In this document: one piece after another, positions 18,101 through 25,857 of the stretch
How positions within the stretch are numbered: the stretch's first letter is position 1
Layout of the letters: each line of letters begins with the position of its first letter
Assembly (NCBI GenBank): GCA_965371515.1
Contig: CBDUYR010000036.1
Coordinates: 1-28,095 of the forward strand
Origin: an uncultured bacterium
Lineage (GTDB): Bacteria > Krumholzibacteriota > Krumholzibacteriia > Krumholzibacteriales > Krumholzibacteriaceae
Direction of reading: 5' to 3'
Length of the DNA: 28,095 nucleotides
Position numbers and translations under genes: made by a program
Notes under the pieces: generated by a model
What the model was told of the DNA's origin: nothing
The model's database searches: none
The model's input: the letters and a program-made list of their open reading frames with translations, nothing else

Positions 18101-18409
18101 GTAGTCCATGTCGGTTCCCCAGGCAAACTCGAGTATCACGTCGGATTGCCCCGAGCGTGATATCGAGCTGATCCGGTTGACGTTCTTTACAACCCCGAGG
18201 ATCTCCTCGACAGGCTTCGATATGAGGTTTTCTATCTCGGCCGGCGCGGCGCCGGGGTATTCGGTCCGTACGGTCAGTGTGGGGTAGGTAAGCTCGGGGA
18301 GGAGGTTTATCTTCAGGCGGAAGAACGAGACGGCTCCGAAAAGAATTATGGCCAGCGTGAACATAGCGATCGTTACGCGGCGGCGGATGGAGATATCGAT
18401 TATCTTCAT
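15179..18409 (-). CDS. RND efflux permease (AcrB/AcrD/AcrF family), first subunit
   Basis: YPGAAPAEIENLISKPVEE, GMLLDNSIVVLENI, GIVVNNAIVLID, RLRPILMTTLTT; 1076 aa. Confidence 0.95.
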   Translation of the reverse strand: MKIIDISIRRRVTIAMFTLAIILFGAVSFFRLKINLLPELTYPTLTVRTEYPGAAPAEIENLISKPVEEILGVVKNVNRISSISRSGQSDVILEFAWGTDMDYASLDVREKLDALELPLDVERPSLLRFDPSLDPVMRFGFYREKDADADSAGTSGEWFDEEELKYLRRFAEEEVKKELEASLGVAAVKVSGGLEDEIQIFVDQQRLAQLDLPIGDLASQIESENVNLSGGRLEEGTQQFLVRTLNQFESIEEIADIIVSTKDGKPIYLRDIATVRHGYKEREAITRLDGREAVEIAIYKEGDANAVAVAREVEKHLGRARQILPEGYRLVKVYDQSTFIRQAINEVIRAAVIGGILAIIILYLFLQNFWATVIISLSIPVSVIATFNLMYGADLTLNIMSLGGIALGIGMLLDNSIVVLENISRHRAMGKSVLDAARDGAGEVDKAVTASTLTTVAVFLPLVFVSGISGQLFRDQALTVTFALLASLVVALTLIPMLASLQAKKEPPVEPAPKKEPKRRVGRWMRSAGRVIFMTIPVFLTRLVIGIVRSISRIVMILINPLLKLFTKGYTAVEKSYSGMLAWSLDNKGRVIAVALVLFGATMLLVPKLGVELIPQLSQGEFRVEFRLSPGTPLEVTDRAIKSVQNASSEIADIKTIFSVAGTGNRMDANPEQGGENWGELSVVLHPGAMREDEDRVMGLMRNDLQAVPDLQYKFSRPTLFTFKTPVEIEVAGYDLRSLRKVSNEIASKLEANSRFADVKSTMKSGHPEIQIKFDREKAASLGFQVYEIAERVVSKVRGDVASQYSWRDRKIDILVRAKESDRNSVDKIRKLIINPESERPVTLEAVADITLDTGPGEIRRVDQERVALVSANLNYGDLGTAAEEINGIIAGIPMPAGLGVRIAGQNQEMTRSFRSLQFALLLAVFLVYLVMASQFESFLHPFVILFTIPLALIGAVWALYITGSTISVVVFIGLILLAGIVVNNAIVLIDLINQLRESGMDKISAILEGGKSRLRPILMTTLTTALGLLPLAIGIGEGAEVRAPMAITVIGGLTVSTLLTLIVIPVVYTLFDRKK

Positions 18410-19479
18410 TTATTCCCGCCAGCAGGCGTTACGATTTCGACCTTAGTGCTGTCCCTCAGACTGCTCTTGCCCGTCGTGACGATCGTGTCGCCGGGCATGA
18501 GCCCCTCGAGTATCTCCACGTGGGTCGTGTTGGTGTACCCGAGCACGACGTTGCGTTTGTACGCGGTGCTGTCCTGGACGACGAAGACTGCCGATTCGCG
18601 GTCCTCGGCGATGATTGCGTCCTTGGGGGCCAGCGTGGTGCCGACGTGGACGTCGTAGATGATCTTCACTCTGGAAAACATGCCTGGCCTGACGCGGCCG
18701 GTAGTGTCCTTGATCTCCAGGGTCACTTTGACGGTGCCGGTCCTGGAGTCGATCACGGGGCTGATCCGCTTGATGTATCCGGAAAAGTCGACTCCTCCCA
18801 GGGCGTCTATATGGAGTACTGCCTTCTGTCCCGGCTGCATCCTCTCGAGCTGCCTTTCGGGAACGTGCAGGACGGCAATCAGCGGATCGAGCCCGCTGAC
18901 CCTGAAGATGTCCTGGTTCTGCAGGACCATGTTGCCGATCTTGACATTCCTCTCAGCCACAACACCGCTTATCGGGGTCTTGATAGATGTGTACTTGAGG
19001 CTCAGTGCGGCGAGATCGTACGCCGCCTTCTGGCGCTCGTACTCGAACTTGACCTGCTGGTAGACTTCTGTGCTGACAAGGCTCTTCGCATGGAGGTCTT
19101 CGTTTCGCTGGTAGTTGTTCTCCTGCTTTCTCATTTCGGCCTTCGCCTGCTCGAGCTGTACGGCGATCATTTCGTCGTCGAGCTTTGCGAGGACCGTTCC
19201 CGCCTTAACGAAATCGCCCTCTTCGACGTAGATCTGTTCGACGACCCCGCTTACCTTGGCGACGACGCCTGTCTCCTGCTCGGCCTCGACGGTCGCCGTT
19301 CCTGTGAAATACGCCGATATATCGCCCGATTTCACCGCAGCGACCTCGACCGGCACTACCGGTTCCTTGTCCTCTTCGCCGTTCTCCTTCGACTGCGAAT
19401 CCCCGCCGCAGCCGTAAGAAGCTATGGCGAGGGCGGTCAGCACGAGTAGAACCGCCAGGAGGTTTTTTCTGTTTTTCAT
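18406..19479 (-). CDS. RND periplasmic adaptor (membrane fusion protein), lipoprotein
   Basis: Lipobox SYGC; V.AKVSGVVEQIYVEEGDFVKAG.VLAKLD, IKTPISGVV, RPGMF, EILEGL.PGD.IVT.G. Confidence 0.95.
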   Translation of the reverse strand: MKNRKNLLAVLLVLTALAIASYGCGGDSQSKENGEEDKEPVVPVEVAAVKSGDISAYFTGTATVEAEQETGVVAKVSGVVEQIYVEEGDFVKAGTVLAKLDDEMIAVQLEQAKAEMRKQENNYQRNEDLHAKSLVSTEVYQQVKFEYERQKAAYDLAALSLKYTSIKTPISGVVAERNVKIGNMVLQNQDIFRVSGLDPLIAVLHVPERQLERMQPGQKAVLHIDALGGVDFSGYIKRISPVIDSRTGTVKVTLEIKDTTGRVRPGMFSRVKIIYDVHVGTTLAPKDAIIAEDRESAVFVVQDSTAYKRNVVLGYTNTTHVEILEGLMPGDTIVTTGKSSLRDSTKVEIVTPAGGNK

Positions 19480-19526
19480 TACGAACTCTCTCCCTTGTGA
19501 CTGAATAACCGTGTCTACAACAGATA

Positions 19527-19552
19527 TACGGGTTTACCTGACAAAAGTTGCA
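19527..19552 (-). promoter_or_regulatory. ECF-sigma-type promoter upstream of RND operon
   Basis: Minus strand TGCAAC-16 nt-CGTA, matching the AAC/CGT ECF consensus (SigW-type TGAAAC-N16-CGTA), about 50 nt upstream of the ATG. Confidence 0.6.
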
Positions 19553-19723
19553 GGAAATAACGAGGTGTAACCTGTTGAAATATTTGTAGTTTAAAAGATT
19601 AATCCGGGGCAGTTCCTCTATAGATCCATTCAATTGACTGCCGGGCTGTGTTATTTCCCGGGATGTGATGTATACTGCTGATATATTCCGGACAGAGGTG
19701 GATATCTTTCAGGAGGGCATTCA

Positions 19724-20623
19724 ATGATCATGAAACTCATGTCCTGTTGCCTGTTCACTTCGCTTCTTATGTCGCTGGCACTCCTCTCGAGCTGTGGGGA
19801 CGACAGCACAAGCTCCCCCTCGAAGGAAGAATTCTCCTTCAAGTTGACCGTCGTGGATCAGAACGGGGCTCCCCTCCGCGACCTGACGCTCTCGCGGCGA
19901 TGCAGCATCGAATACGATGGGGTGCCCGCTGAAAAGGGCATGGTCGAAACGCAGATATTGACGGGAAGGAATGTCGGTTTTCTGTCTGTCAGTGAATCAG
20001 CGCCGGGGGCGGATCCTCCCACCGAATTCTTCCTTTATCCGGCGAGCCCCAATCCGGGAACCACTAATGCCAGCATTACTCTGGATGTACCTGTCGCATC
20101 TGATGTCAGTGTGAGTGTTTTCAACTGGAAGAACCTCGAAATGTTCACATCTTCCCTCAGCGTTCCCGGGGGAGGATTGGTGATGGTGATCTATCCCTTT
20201 ACCGACGGAGGCTCGGATTATCAGCCGAATGGGATATTCAGCTGCGAATATACCGCAACGGAGCCTGATGATTCCACGATCCTGTTTCAGGATTCAGTCT
20301 ATTTCTCCGGATATACAGGCAATGATCCTTACAGGCAGTCGATGGGGCAGACCGATATTGATGGTTCGTTTAAAACCACCGACAAGGGGTATTTCCCATC
20401 CCTCCAGGGGCATCAGCCCCAGATGGGTCGCGATCTAGCCGGGCGGCAGATGAATCTGTTCAGCTTCTCCCGCACAGTCGAGATCAAGGTGCTGTCCGAG
20501 CCTCTGCTGGGTATGGAAGGGTATATCTACTGGATGACCAGAGACGTGGCCATCTCTGGCGGGACAAATGAATTAGAGTGGGTCTTCGTTCCGGACGATT
20601 CTGTCGCGGTAATCGTAGAATAG
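19724..20623 (+). CDS. Hypothetical lipoprotein with internal FlgD-Ig/T9SS-CTD-like segment
   Basis: Lipobox LSSC-GDD; AGGAGG RBS; P.EFFLYPASPNP...ITLDVP..SDVSVSVFN segment. Confidence 0.8.
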   Translation: MIMKLMSCCLFTSLLMSLALLSSCGDDSTSSPSKEEFSFKLTVVDQNGAPLRDLTLSRRCSIEYDGVPAEKGMVETQILTGRNVGFLSVSESAPGADPPTEFFLYPASPNPGTTNASITLDVPVASDVSVSVFNWKNLEMFTSSLSVPGGGLVMVIYPFTDGGSDYQPNGIFSCEYTATEPDDSTILFQDSVYFSGYTGNDPYRQSMGQTDIDGSFKTTDKGYFPSLQGHQPQMGRDLAGRQMNLFSFSRTVEIKVLSEPLLGMEGYIYWMTRDVAISGGTNELEWVFVPDDSVAVIVE

Positions 20624-20655
20624 TAGAACGTGACCTTGAATCCATCCGTTATCTG

Positions 20656-20683
20656 TTGACAAACGCCAGTAACAGATTATCTT
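20656..20683 (+). promoter_or_regulatory. Putative sigma70 promoter of typA
   Basis: TTGACA-16 nt-TATCTT; overlapped by inverted repeat ATCTGTT-N13-AACAGAT (20651-20677). Confidence 0.5.
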
Positions 20684-20794
20684 TCGGCAAACCTGGATCG
20701 CCAGCAACTCCGCTCCCCGGGAAATGAATCGATGTTTTCGCCAGGCACAACGTGCCAGGGAGCGGTCAATATTCGGAGCTGTTTTGTGAGCAGA

Positions 20795-22642
20795 ATGATT
20801 GAGAATAAGGATATCAGGAATATAGCCATAATCGCTCACGTGGATCATGGCAAGACCACGCTCGTGGACGCCATGTTCAGGCAGAGCGGTCTGCTCCGCA
20901 CCGGGCAGGTTGTAGACGAACGGATAATGGACAATATGGACCTTGAACGCGAGCGCGGCATCACGATCGCCGCAAAGAACTGTTCGGTGTCCTGGAAAGA
21001 CGTGAAGATAAATATCATCGATACCCCCGGGCATTCCGATTTCGGCGCCGAAGTAGAGAGGGCTCTTTCGATGGCCGATGGCGCCATACTTCTTGTAGAT
21101 GCTTCCGAAGGCCCGCTGCCGCAGACACGCTTCGTACTGAAAAAGACCCTTGAAGCGGGGCTCAAGATCATAGTCGTGATAAACAAGATCGACCGTAAGG
21201 ACGCTCAGATCAGCCAGGTGCTCGACGATATCTACGATCTCTTCATAGATCTGGGCGCTGAAGACGACCAGATCGATTTCCCGGTCCTCTACGCCGTCGG
21301 CCGTGACGGGATCGCTAAGAGGACACTGGAAGAAGAGACTGACAATATCCACCAGCTGCTCGATACGATCATCGACGAGATCCCGGCCCCGGCATACGAT
21401 CCGGATGAGCCGTTTCAGATGCTCGTCTCCGATCTCGGATATTCCGATTTCCTCGGCAGGCTCGCGATAGGAAAGATCATCAACGGCACGGTCAGCTCGA
21501 ACAAGCTACTCGCCTGCATCAACGAAAAGGGCGAACAGGTGCCGCTCAAGGTGACCAAACTTCAGAAGTACGAGGGCGCGTCCTACAGGCCGGCTGAATC
21601 GGCCGTCGCGGGCGATATCGTGGTACTTGCCGGAATCGATGACGTCAAGATAGGCGATACCATCTGTACGAGGGAGCAGCCGAAGGCACTGAAACGTATC
21701 GCTGTCGATGATCCGACTATCTCGATGCGGTTCACGATCAACACGTCCCCGTTCAGCGGTCAGGAAGGTCGTTTCGTTCAGTCCACCAAGATTCGCGAGC
21801 GCCTCTTCAAGGAGACCCTGATGAATGTCGCGATCCAGATGGAGGAGGGTCGCGAGAGTGACAGCTTCATCGTGAAAGGGCGCGGAGAGTTCCAGATGGC
21901 TATTCTGATCGAGACGATGAGAAGGGAAGGCTTCGAGTTCTGCGTTGGACGCCCGCATGTCATATATAAATACAAAAACGGGAAAAAGTTCGAGCCGATC
22001 GAACGCCTCTTCGTAGATTGCGAGGAAGAATTCCTCGGTGTCGTCACGGAGAAGCTGGCTCAGCGCAAGGCCAGGATGACCGATATCATCCACGACAACA
22101 GCGGCAGGGCCAGAGTCGAATTTTCGGCCCCTTCAAGGGCGCTTATAGGATACCGGGATGAGTTTCTCACCGACACGAAGGGAACCGGTGTGATGAACTC
22201 GTATTTCGCCGGATTCGAAGAGTACAGGGGTGATTTCACTACTCGGAAGACAGGTTCGATAGTTGCCGACAGACACGGTAAAGCCGTAGCTTACGCGCTC
22301 TTCAACCTCGAGGCGCGAGGACGGCTGTTTGTGAAGCCGGGCGATCCTGGATACGAGGGAATGATCGTCGGAGAGCACAACAGGGAAAACGATATCAACG
22401 TAAACCAGGCGAAGGAAAAGAAGCTTTCGAATATGAGAGCGTCTGGAAAAGACGTCGCTGTGGTCCTGACGCCGATTAAGCCGATAACGATTGAAAGAGC
22501 TCTTAACTTCATCCGTGACGACGAGATGGTCGAGATCACGCCGAAATCGATCCGATTGAAGAAAACGATCCTTTCCGCTGGAATCAGAAAGACCCTCAAG
22601 CCCGATTCGCTCGCAGGTAGAGGTGAAGCCTGTCCTTCCTGA
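20795..22642 (+). CDS. typA: Translational GTPase TypA/BipA
   Basis: IRNIAIIAHVDHGKTTLVD, ERERGITI.AKN, DTPGHSDFG, NKID, GRGEFQMAILIETMRREG, KKLSNMRASGKD, EITPKSIRL; start moved to ATG 20795. Confidence 0.97.
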   Translation: MIENKDIRNIAIIAHVDHGKTTLVDAMFRQSGLLRTGQVVDERIMDNMDLERERGITIAAKNCSVSWKDVKINIIDTPGHSDFGAEVERALSMADGAILLVDASEGPLPQTRFVLKKTLEAGLKIIVVINKIDRKDAQISQVLDDIYDLFIDLGAEDDQIDFPVLYAVGRDGIAKRTLEEETDNIHQLLDTIIDEIPAPAYDPDEPFQMLVSDLGYSDFLGRLAIGKIINGTVSSNKLLACINEKGEQVPLKVTKLQKYEGASYRPAESAVAGDIVVLAGIDDVKIGDTICTREQPKALKRIAVDDPTISMRFTINTSPFSGQEGRFVQSTKIRERLFKETLMNVAIQMEEGRESDSFIVKGRGEFQMAILIETMRREGFEFCVGRPHVIYKYKNGKKFEPIERLFVDCEEEFLGVVTEKLAQRKARMTDIIHDNSGRARVEFSAPSRALIGYRDEFLTDTKGTGVMNSYFAGFEEYRGDFTTRKTGSIVADRHGKAVAYALFNLEARGRLFVKPGDPGYEGMIVGEHNRENDINVNQAKEKKLSNMRASGKDVAVVLTPIKPITIERALNFIRDDEMVEITPKSIRLKKTILSAGIRKTLKPDSLAGRGEACPS

Positions 22643-22666
22643 AAACTGCATCCTGACGATGAATGG

Positions 22667-24388
22667 TTACCCTTGCTTCTTCTTTATCTTCGCCCAGGTG
22701 TCCCGCAGCGGGACGGTCCTGTTGAAGATGAGGGCATCCGCCGTAGAATCGATGTCCTCGCAGAAGTAGCCGTGCCGGAGGAACTGGAAGTGCTTTCCGG
22801 GGCTGGATTCCTTCAGTGAAGGTTCGACCTTGCAGCCCTTCAGCTCCTCTAGGGCGTCGGGATTGATGTAGTCGAGGAAAGTCCTGCCCTCCTCGACGTT
22901 GTCGGGGTTCTCCTTCATAAAGAGGCGGCCGTAGAGGCGGACGGTAGCATCTGAGGCATGGCGGGCCGAGACCCAGTGGAGCGTCCCCTTTACCTTTCTT
23001 CCGTCGGGGGCGTCGCCGCCCTTAGTCTCGGGGTCGTAGGTGCAGCGCAGTTCCGTGATCTCTCCGTTGTCGTCTTTCACGACGCTCTTGCACTTGATGA
23101 AGTAGGCGTGCTTGAGCCTTACCTCGCGGTCCGGAGCGAGTCGGAAGAACTTTCTGGGCGGGTCCTCCATGAAATCCTCACGTTCTATGAAGATCTCACG
23201 GGAGAAGGGGAGCGTCCTCGTGCCCATTGCCGGATCCTCGGGGTTGTTGACCGCCTCAAGCTCCTCGGTCTTGTCTTCCGGGTAGTTTTCTATGACGACC
23301 TTCAGCGGGTGCAGCACTCCCATGATCCTCGGGGCCCGTTTGTTGAGATCCTCGCGGAGGCAGTGATCGAGGAGGTCGATCGAGACCCTGTTGTCCTTCT
23401 TTGCGACGCCGATCGTCGCGGCGAAGTTTCTTATCGACTCGGGTGTGTAGCCGCGGCGGCGAAGCCCCGAGATCGTCGGCATCAGGGGATCGTTCCAGCC
23501 GGTGACCTTTCCCTGCTCGACGAGCATGAGGAGCTTGCGCTTGCTCATTATCGTGTATGTGAGGTTGAGTCTTGCGAATTCTATCTGCCGTGACAGAAAG
23601 ATCCCCAGCTCGCGCAGATACCAGTCGTAGAGGGGGCGGTGAGCCTCGAACTCGAGGGTGCAGATCGAATAGGTTATCTTCTCGATAGAGTCGCTGCAGC
23701 CGTGGGCCCAGTCATACATCGGGTAGATACACCATTTGTCGCCGGTGCGGTGATGCGTTGCGCGCAGGATGCGGTACATCACAGGGTCGCGCATGTTGAT
23801 GTTTCCCGATGCCATGTCGATCTTTGCCCGCAGCGTCCTCGATCCGTCCTCGAACTCGCCCGCGTGCATGCGCGTGAAGAGATCGAAGTTCTCCTCGACG
23901 CTCCTGTCGCGATACGGGCTCTCTTTGCCCGGCTCGGTCAAAGTGCCGCGGGTCTCTCTGACCTGTTCGGCGGTCAGGTCGCAGACGAACGCCTTGCCGG
24001 CCTTGATGAGCTGAATGGCGAACCCGTAGAGCTGCTCGAAGTAGTCGGAGGCGTAGTACTCGCGGTCGTCCCAGGAAAAGCCGAGCCAGCGGACGTCTTC
24101 CCTGATCGAATCGACGTATTCGACTTCCTCCCTGCTAGGGTTCGTGTCGTCGAACCTGAGATTGCAGAGGCCCCCGTACTGTTCGGCGATGCCGAAGTTG
24201 AGGCAGATCGATTTCGCGTGGCCGATATGAAGGTAACCGTTTGGCTCGGGCGGGAACCTCGTCTGGACACGTCCATCGTGCTTGCCGGTCCTGATGTCGT
24301 CCTCGATTATAGTCCTGATGAAATCGACGGAGCGTGATTCGTTGTTTTCGTCTTCGCCTTCGGACGTTTTATCCCTGGTTTCGTTCAT
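22667..24388 (-). CDS. glnS: Glutamine--tRNA ligase
   Basis: [68 protein letters not shown]; no YqeY extension. Confidence 0.97.
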   Translation of the reverse strand: MNETRDKTSEGEDENNESRSVDFIRTIIEDDIRTGKHDGRVQTRFPPEPNGYLHIGHAKSICLNFGIAEQYGGLCNLRFDDTNPSREEVEYVDSIREDVRWLGFSWDDREYYASDYFEQLYGFAIQLIKAGKAFVCDLTAEQVRETRGTLTEPGKESPYRDRSVEENFDLFTRMHAGEFEDGSRTLRAKIDMASGNINMRDPVMYRILRATHHRTGDKWCIYPMYDWAHGCSDSIEKITYSICTLEFEAHRPLYDWYLRELGIFLSRQIEFARLNLTYTIMSKRKLLMLVEQGKVTGWNDPLMPTISGLRRRGYTPESIRNFAATIGVAKKDNRVSIDLLDHCLREDLNKRAPRIMGVLHPLKVVIENYPEDKTEELEAVNNPEDPAMGTRTLPFSREIFIEREDFMEDPPRKFFRLAPDREVRLKHAYFIKCKSVVKDDNGEITELRCTYDPETKGGDAPDGRKVKGTLHWVSARHASDATVRLYGRLFMKENPDNVEEGRTFLDYINPDALEELKGCKVEPSLKESSPGKHFQFLRHGYFCEDIDSTADALIFNRTVPLRDTWAKIKKKQG

Positions 24389-24440
24389 CGTCGAATATTA
24401 AGCGAAAGCGGTTGTGAAATCCACCTGTTTCAGCCGGAGT

Positions 24441-25445
24441 TCAGCGGCTTCCGATCATGTCCCTAACCTGGCGGATCGTATCTACCACGAGGGGGATTAT
24501 GGACGCGAGCAGAATCCATTTGACCATCTCGGCCAGGACGGGATATACGGTGCTCTCGAACAGGGCGGGGTATTCGGGCGGGACGGCGCTCCTGCCCGTC
24601 ATCCACTCGGGCGAAAGGCTGATAAGGTCCGGTGTGAACGCGAGTCGGTAAAGCAGGATGCCGAGGACGACAGTCTTGGCGAGGTGGAATATTCTCGCCG
24701 CCAGGTGCCAGGTATCGCTACGGAGCACGATTATATTGAGGACGAATGTCATGATGAGGTAGAAGTCGATCCAGGGGAGCATGCTCCGGAACCCGCTCCC
24801 GGCGAGCTGCACGAATATCCACTGGCCGTTATAGTTGTTGATAACGCCGAGCCAGTGCGCGGAGAAATTGAAGACGAACAGGAGTCCGGCAAGGATGAAG
24901 CAGTGGACGATGAGTCCGGCCCTGTTGACCTTTTTCCCGTCCGAAGGTGCAGGAAGCGACTCGGGGTCCCATTCGCCCTCTATCTCTGTTCTCGGCGAGC
25001 CGAACCTCTCGATCAGGGCGAAGATTGCCGTCACGAGCCCGAATATTATCAGCGCTCTATAGGGGAAGCGTCCCGTCGCACTGATGACTGTCCTGAGAAA
25101 AAGGCCGGAATCGATGTTGCCCGAGATCAGGTAGGTGAGAATAAAGGCGATCATTATCGAGTATGCCCCGATGATACTAAGTTTCAGTGTTCTGAGGTAC
25201 GGCCTGTAGAGCCGGGGGCCGATCAGGCAGAGGTCGGGGGAGAGGTATGATCCCGCTATTTCCTTCGGGGGGCCGAATTCCTTCAGCACTGCCGCAGCCG
25301 CCTCGTCGGGCGACCCGCCCATTTCCCTGATCCTCGCGTCGATTGCATCGTCTATCGACGATCCTATCTCCCTCGAAACGTCGTCCCTGATGTCGCGGGG
25401 GAGGTGCCGCCTCACTTCGAGTACATATCTGTCGACCAGTTCCAT
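24441..25445 (-). CDS. HAAS-domain (DUF1700-like N-terminus) polytopic membrane protein, PadR partner
   Basis: N-terminus LVDRYVLEVRRHLP...R.DV..EI.S.I.D...VLKEFGPPKEIAGSY followed by about 6 hydrophobic segments; AGGAG RBS. Confidence 0.8.
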   Translation of the reverse strand: MELVDRYVLEVRRHLPRDIRDDVSREIGSSIDDAIDARIREMGGSPDEAAAAVLKEFGPPKEIAGSYLSPDLCLIGPRLYRPYLRTLKLSIIGAYSIMIAFILTYLISGNIDSGLFLRTVISATGRFPYRALIIFGLVTAIFALIERFGSPRTEIEGEWDPESLPAPSDGKKVNRAGLIVHCFILAGLLFVFNFSAHWLGVINNYNGQWIFVQLAGSGFRSMLPWIDFYLIMTFVLNIIVLRSDTWHLAARIFHLAKTVVLGILLYRLAFTPDLISLSPEWMTGRSAVPPEYPALFESTVYPVLAEMVKWILLASIIPLVVDTIRQVRDMIGSR

Positions 25446-25458
25446 CTCATTCTCCTTT

Positions 25459-25797
25459 TCAGCCCGACAGCAGGCGTTTCATCACGTCGCCGAGTTCATT
25501 CCATTCCTTCGTAACCTCTTTAAGGGCCTTCCTGCCTCTGGCCGATATGCTGTAATAACGCCTCGGCCTGCTGCCTTCGACTTTCCAGCTGCTTGCGAGC
25601 AGCCCCTGTGCTTCCAGACGGCGGAGGAGGGGATAGAGTGTCCCCTCTTTGATATCGAGCCCTTTTCCCGCGAGTTTTTCCCTCAGCGAATATCCGTAGT
25701 GTTCCTCTGTGAGTTGGCTGAGGATCGCGAGCACGAGAGCCCCTCTTCTGAGCTCGTGCGTGATGCTTCCCGCAGTTATGCCGTCTTTCTTCGTCAT
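25459..25797 (-). CDS. PadR-family transcriptional regulator (short subfamily)
   Basis: ELRRGALVLAILSQL...YGYSL...IKEGTLYPLLRRLE..GLL.S.W...RPRRYYSIS..G. Confidence 0.95.
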   Translation of the reverse strand: MTKKDGITAGSITHELRRGALVLAILSQLTEEHYGYSLREKLAGKGLDIKEGTLYPLLRRLEAQGLLASSWKVEGSRPRRYYSISARGRKALKEVTKEWNELGDVMKRLLSG

Positions 25798-25838
25798 GTT
25801 GTGTGATACATAATACTGTGCAACACACAGTAAGTCAA
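25797..25838 (-). promoter_or_regulatory. padR promoter with tandem palindromic operator
   Basis: TTGACT-17 nt-TATTAT (25838-25810); perfect TACTGTG-N5-CACAGTA (25814-25832) and degenerate TGTTGTG-N5-CATAATA (25797-25815). Confidence 0.75.
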
Positions 25839-25857
25839 GATTTATTCTCGGGGTGTC

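Noticed and set aside
20686..20710. GGCAAACC in the typA leader resembling a c-di-GMP-I riboswitch start
   Set aside because: No GNRA-capped P2 or following GACGCAAAGC element
20732..20794. Longer N-termini given by the ORF track for typA (also epimerase 2070, methyltransferase 6233, radical SAM 26907)
   Set aside because: Family homology begins at downstream ATGs and the extensions cover promoter/leader sequence or the upstream gene
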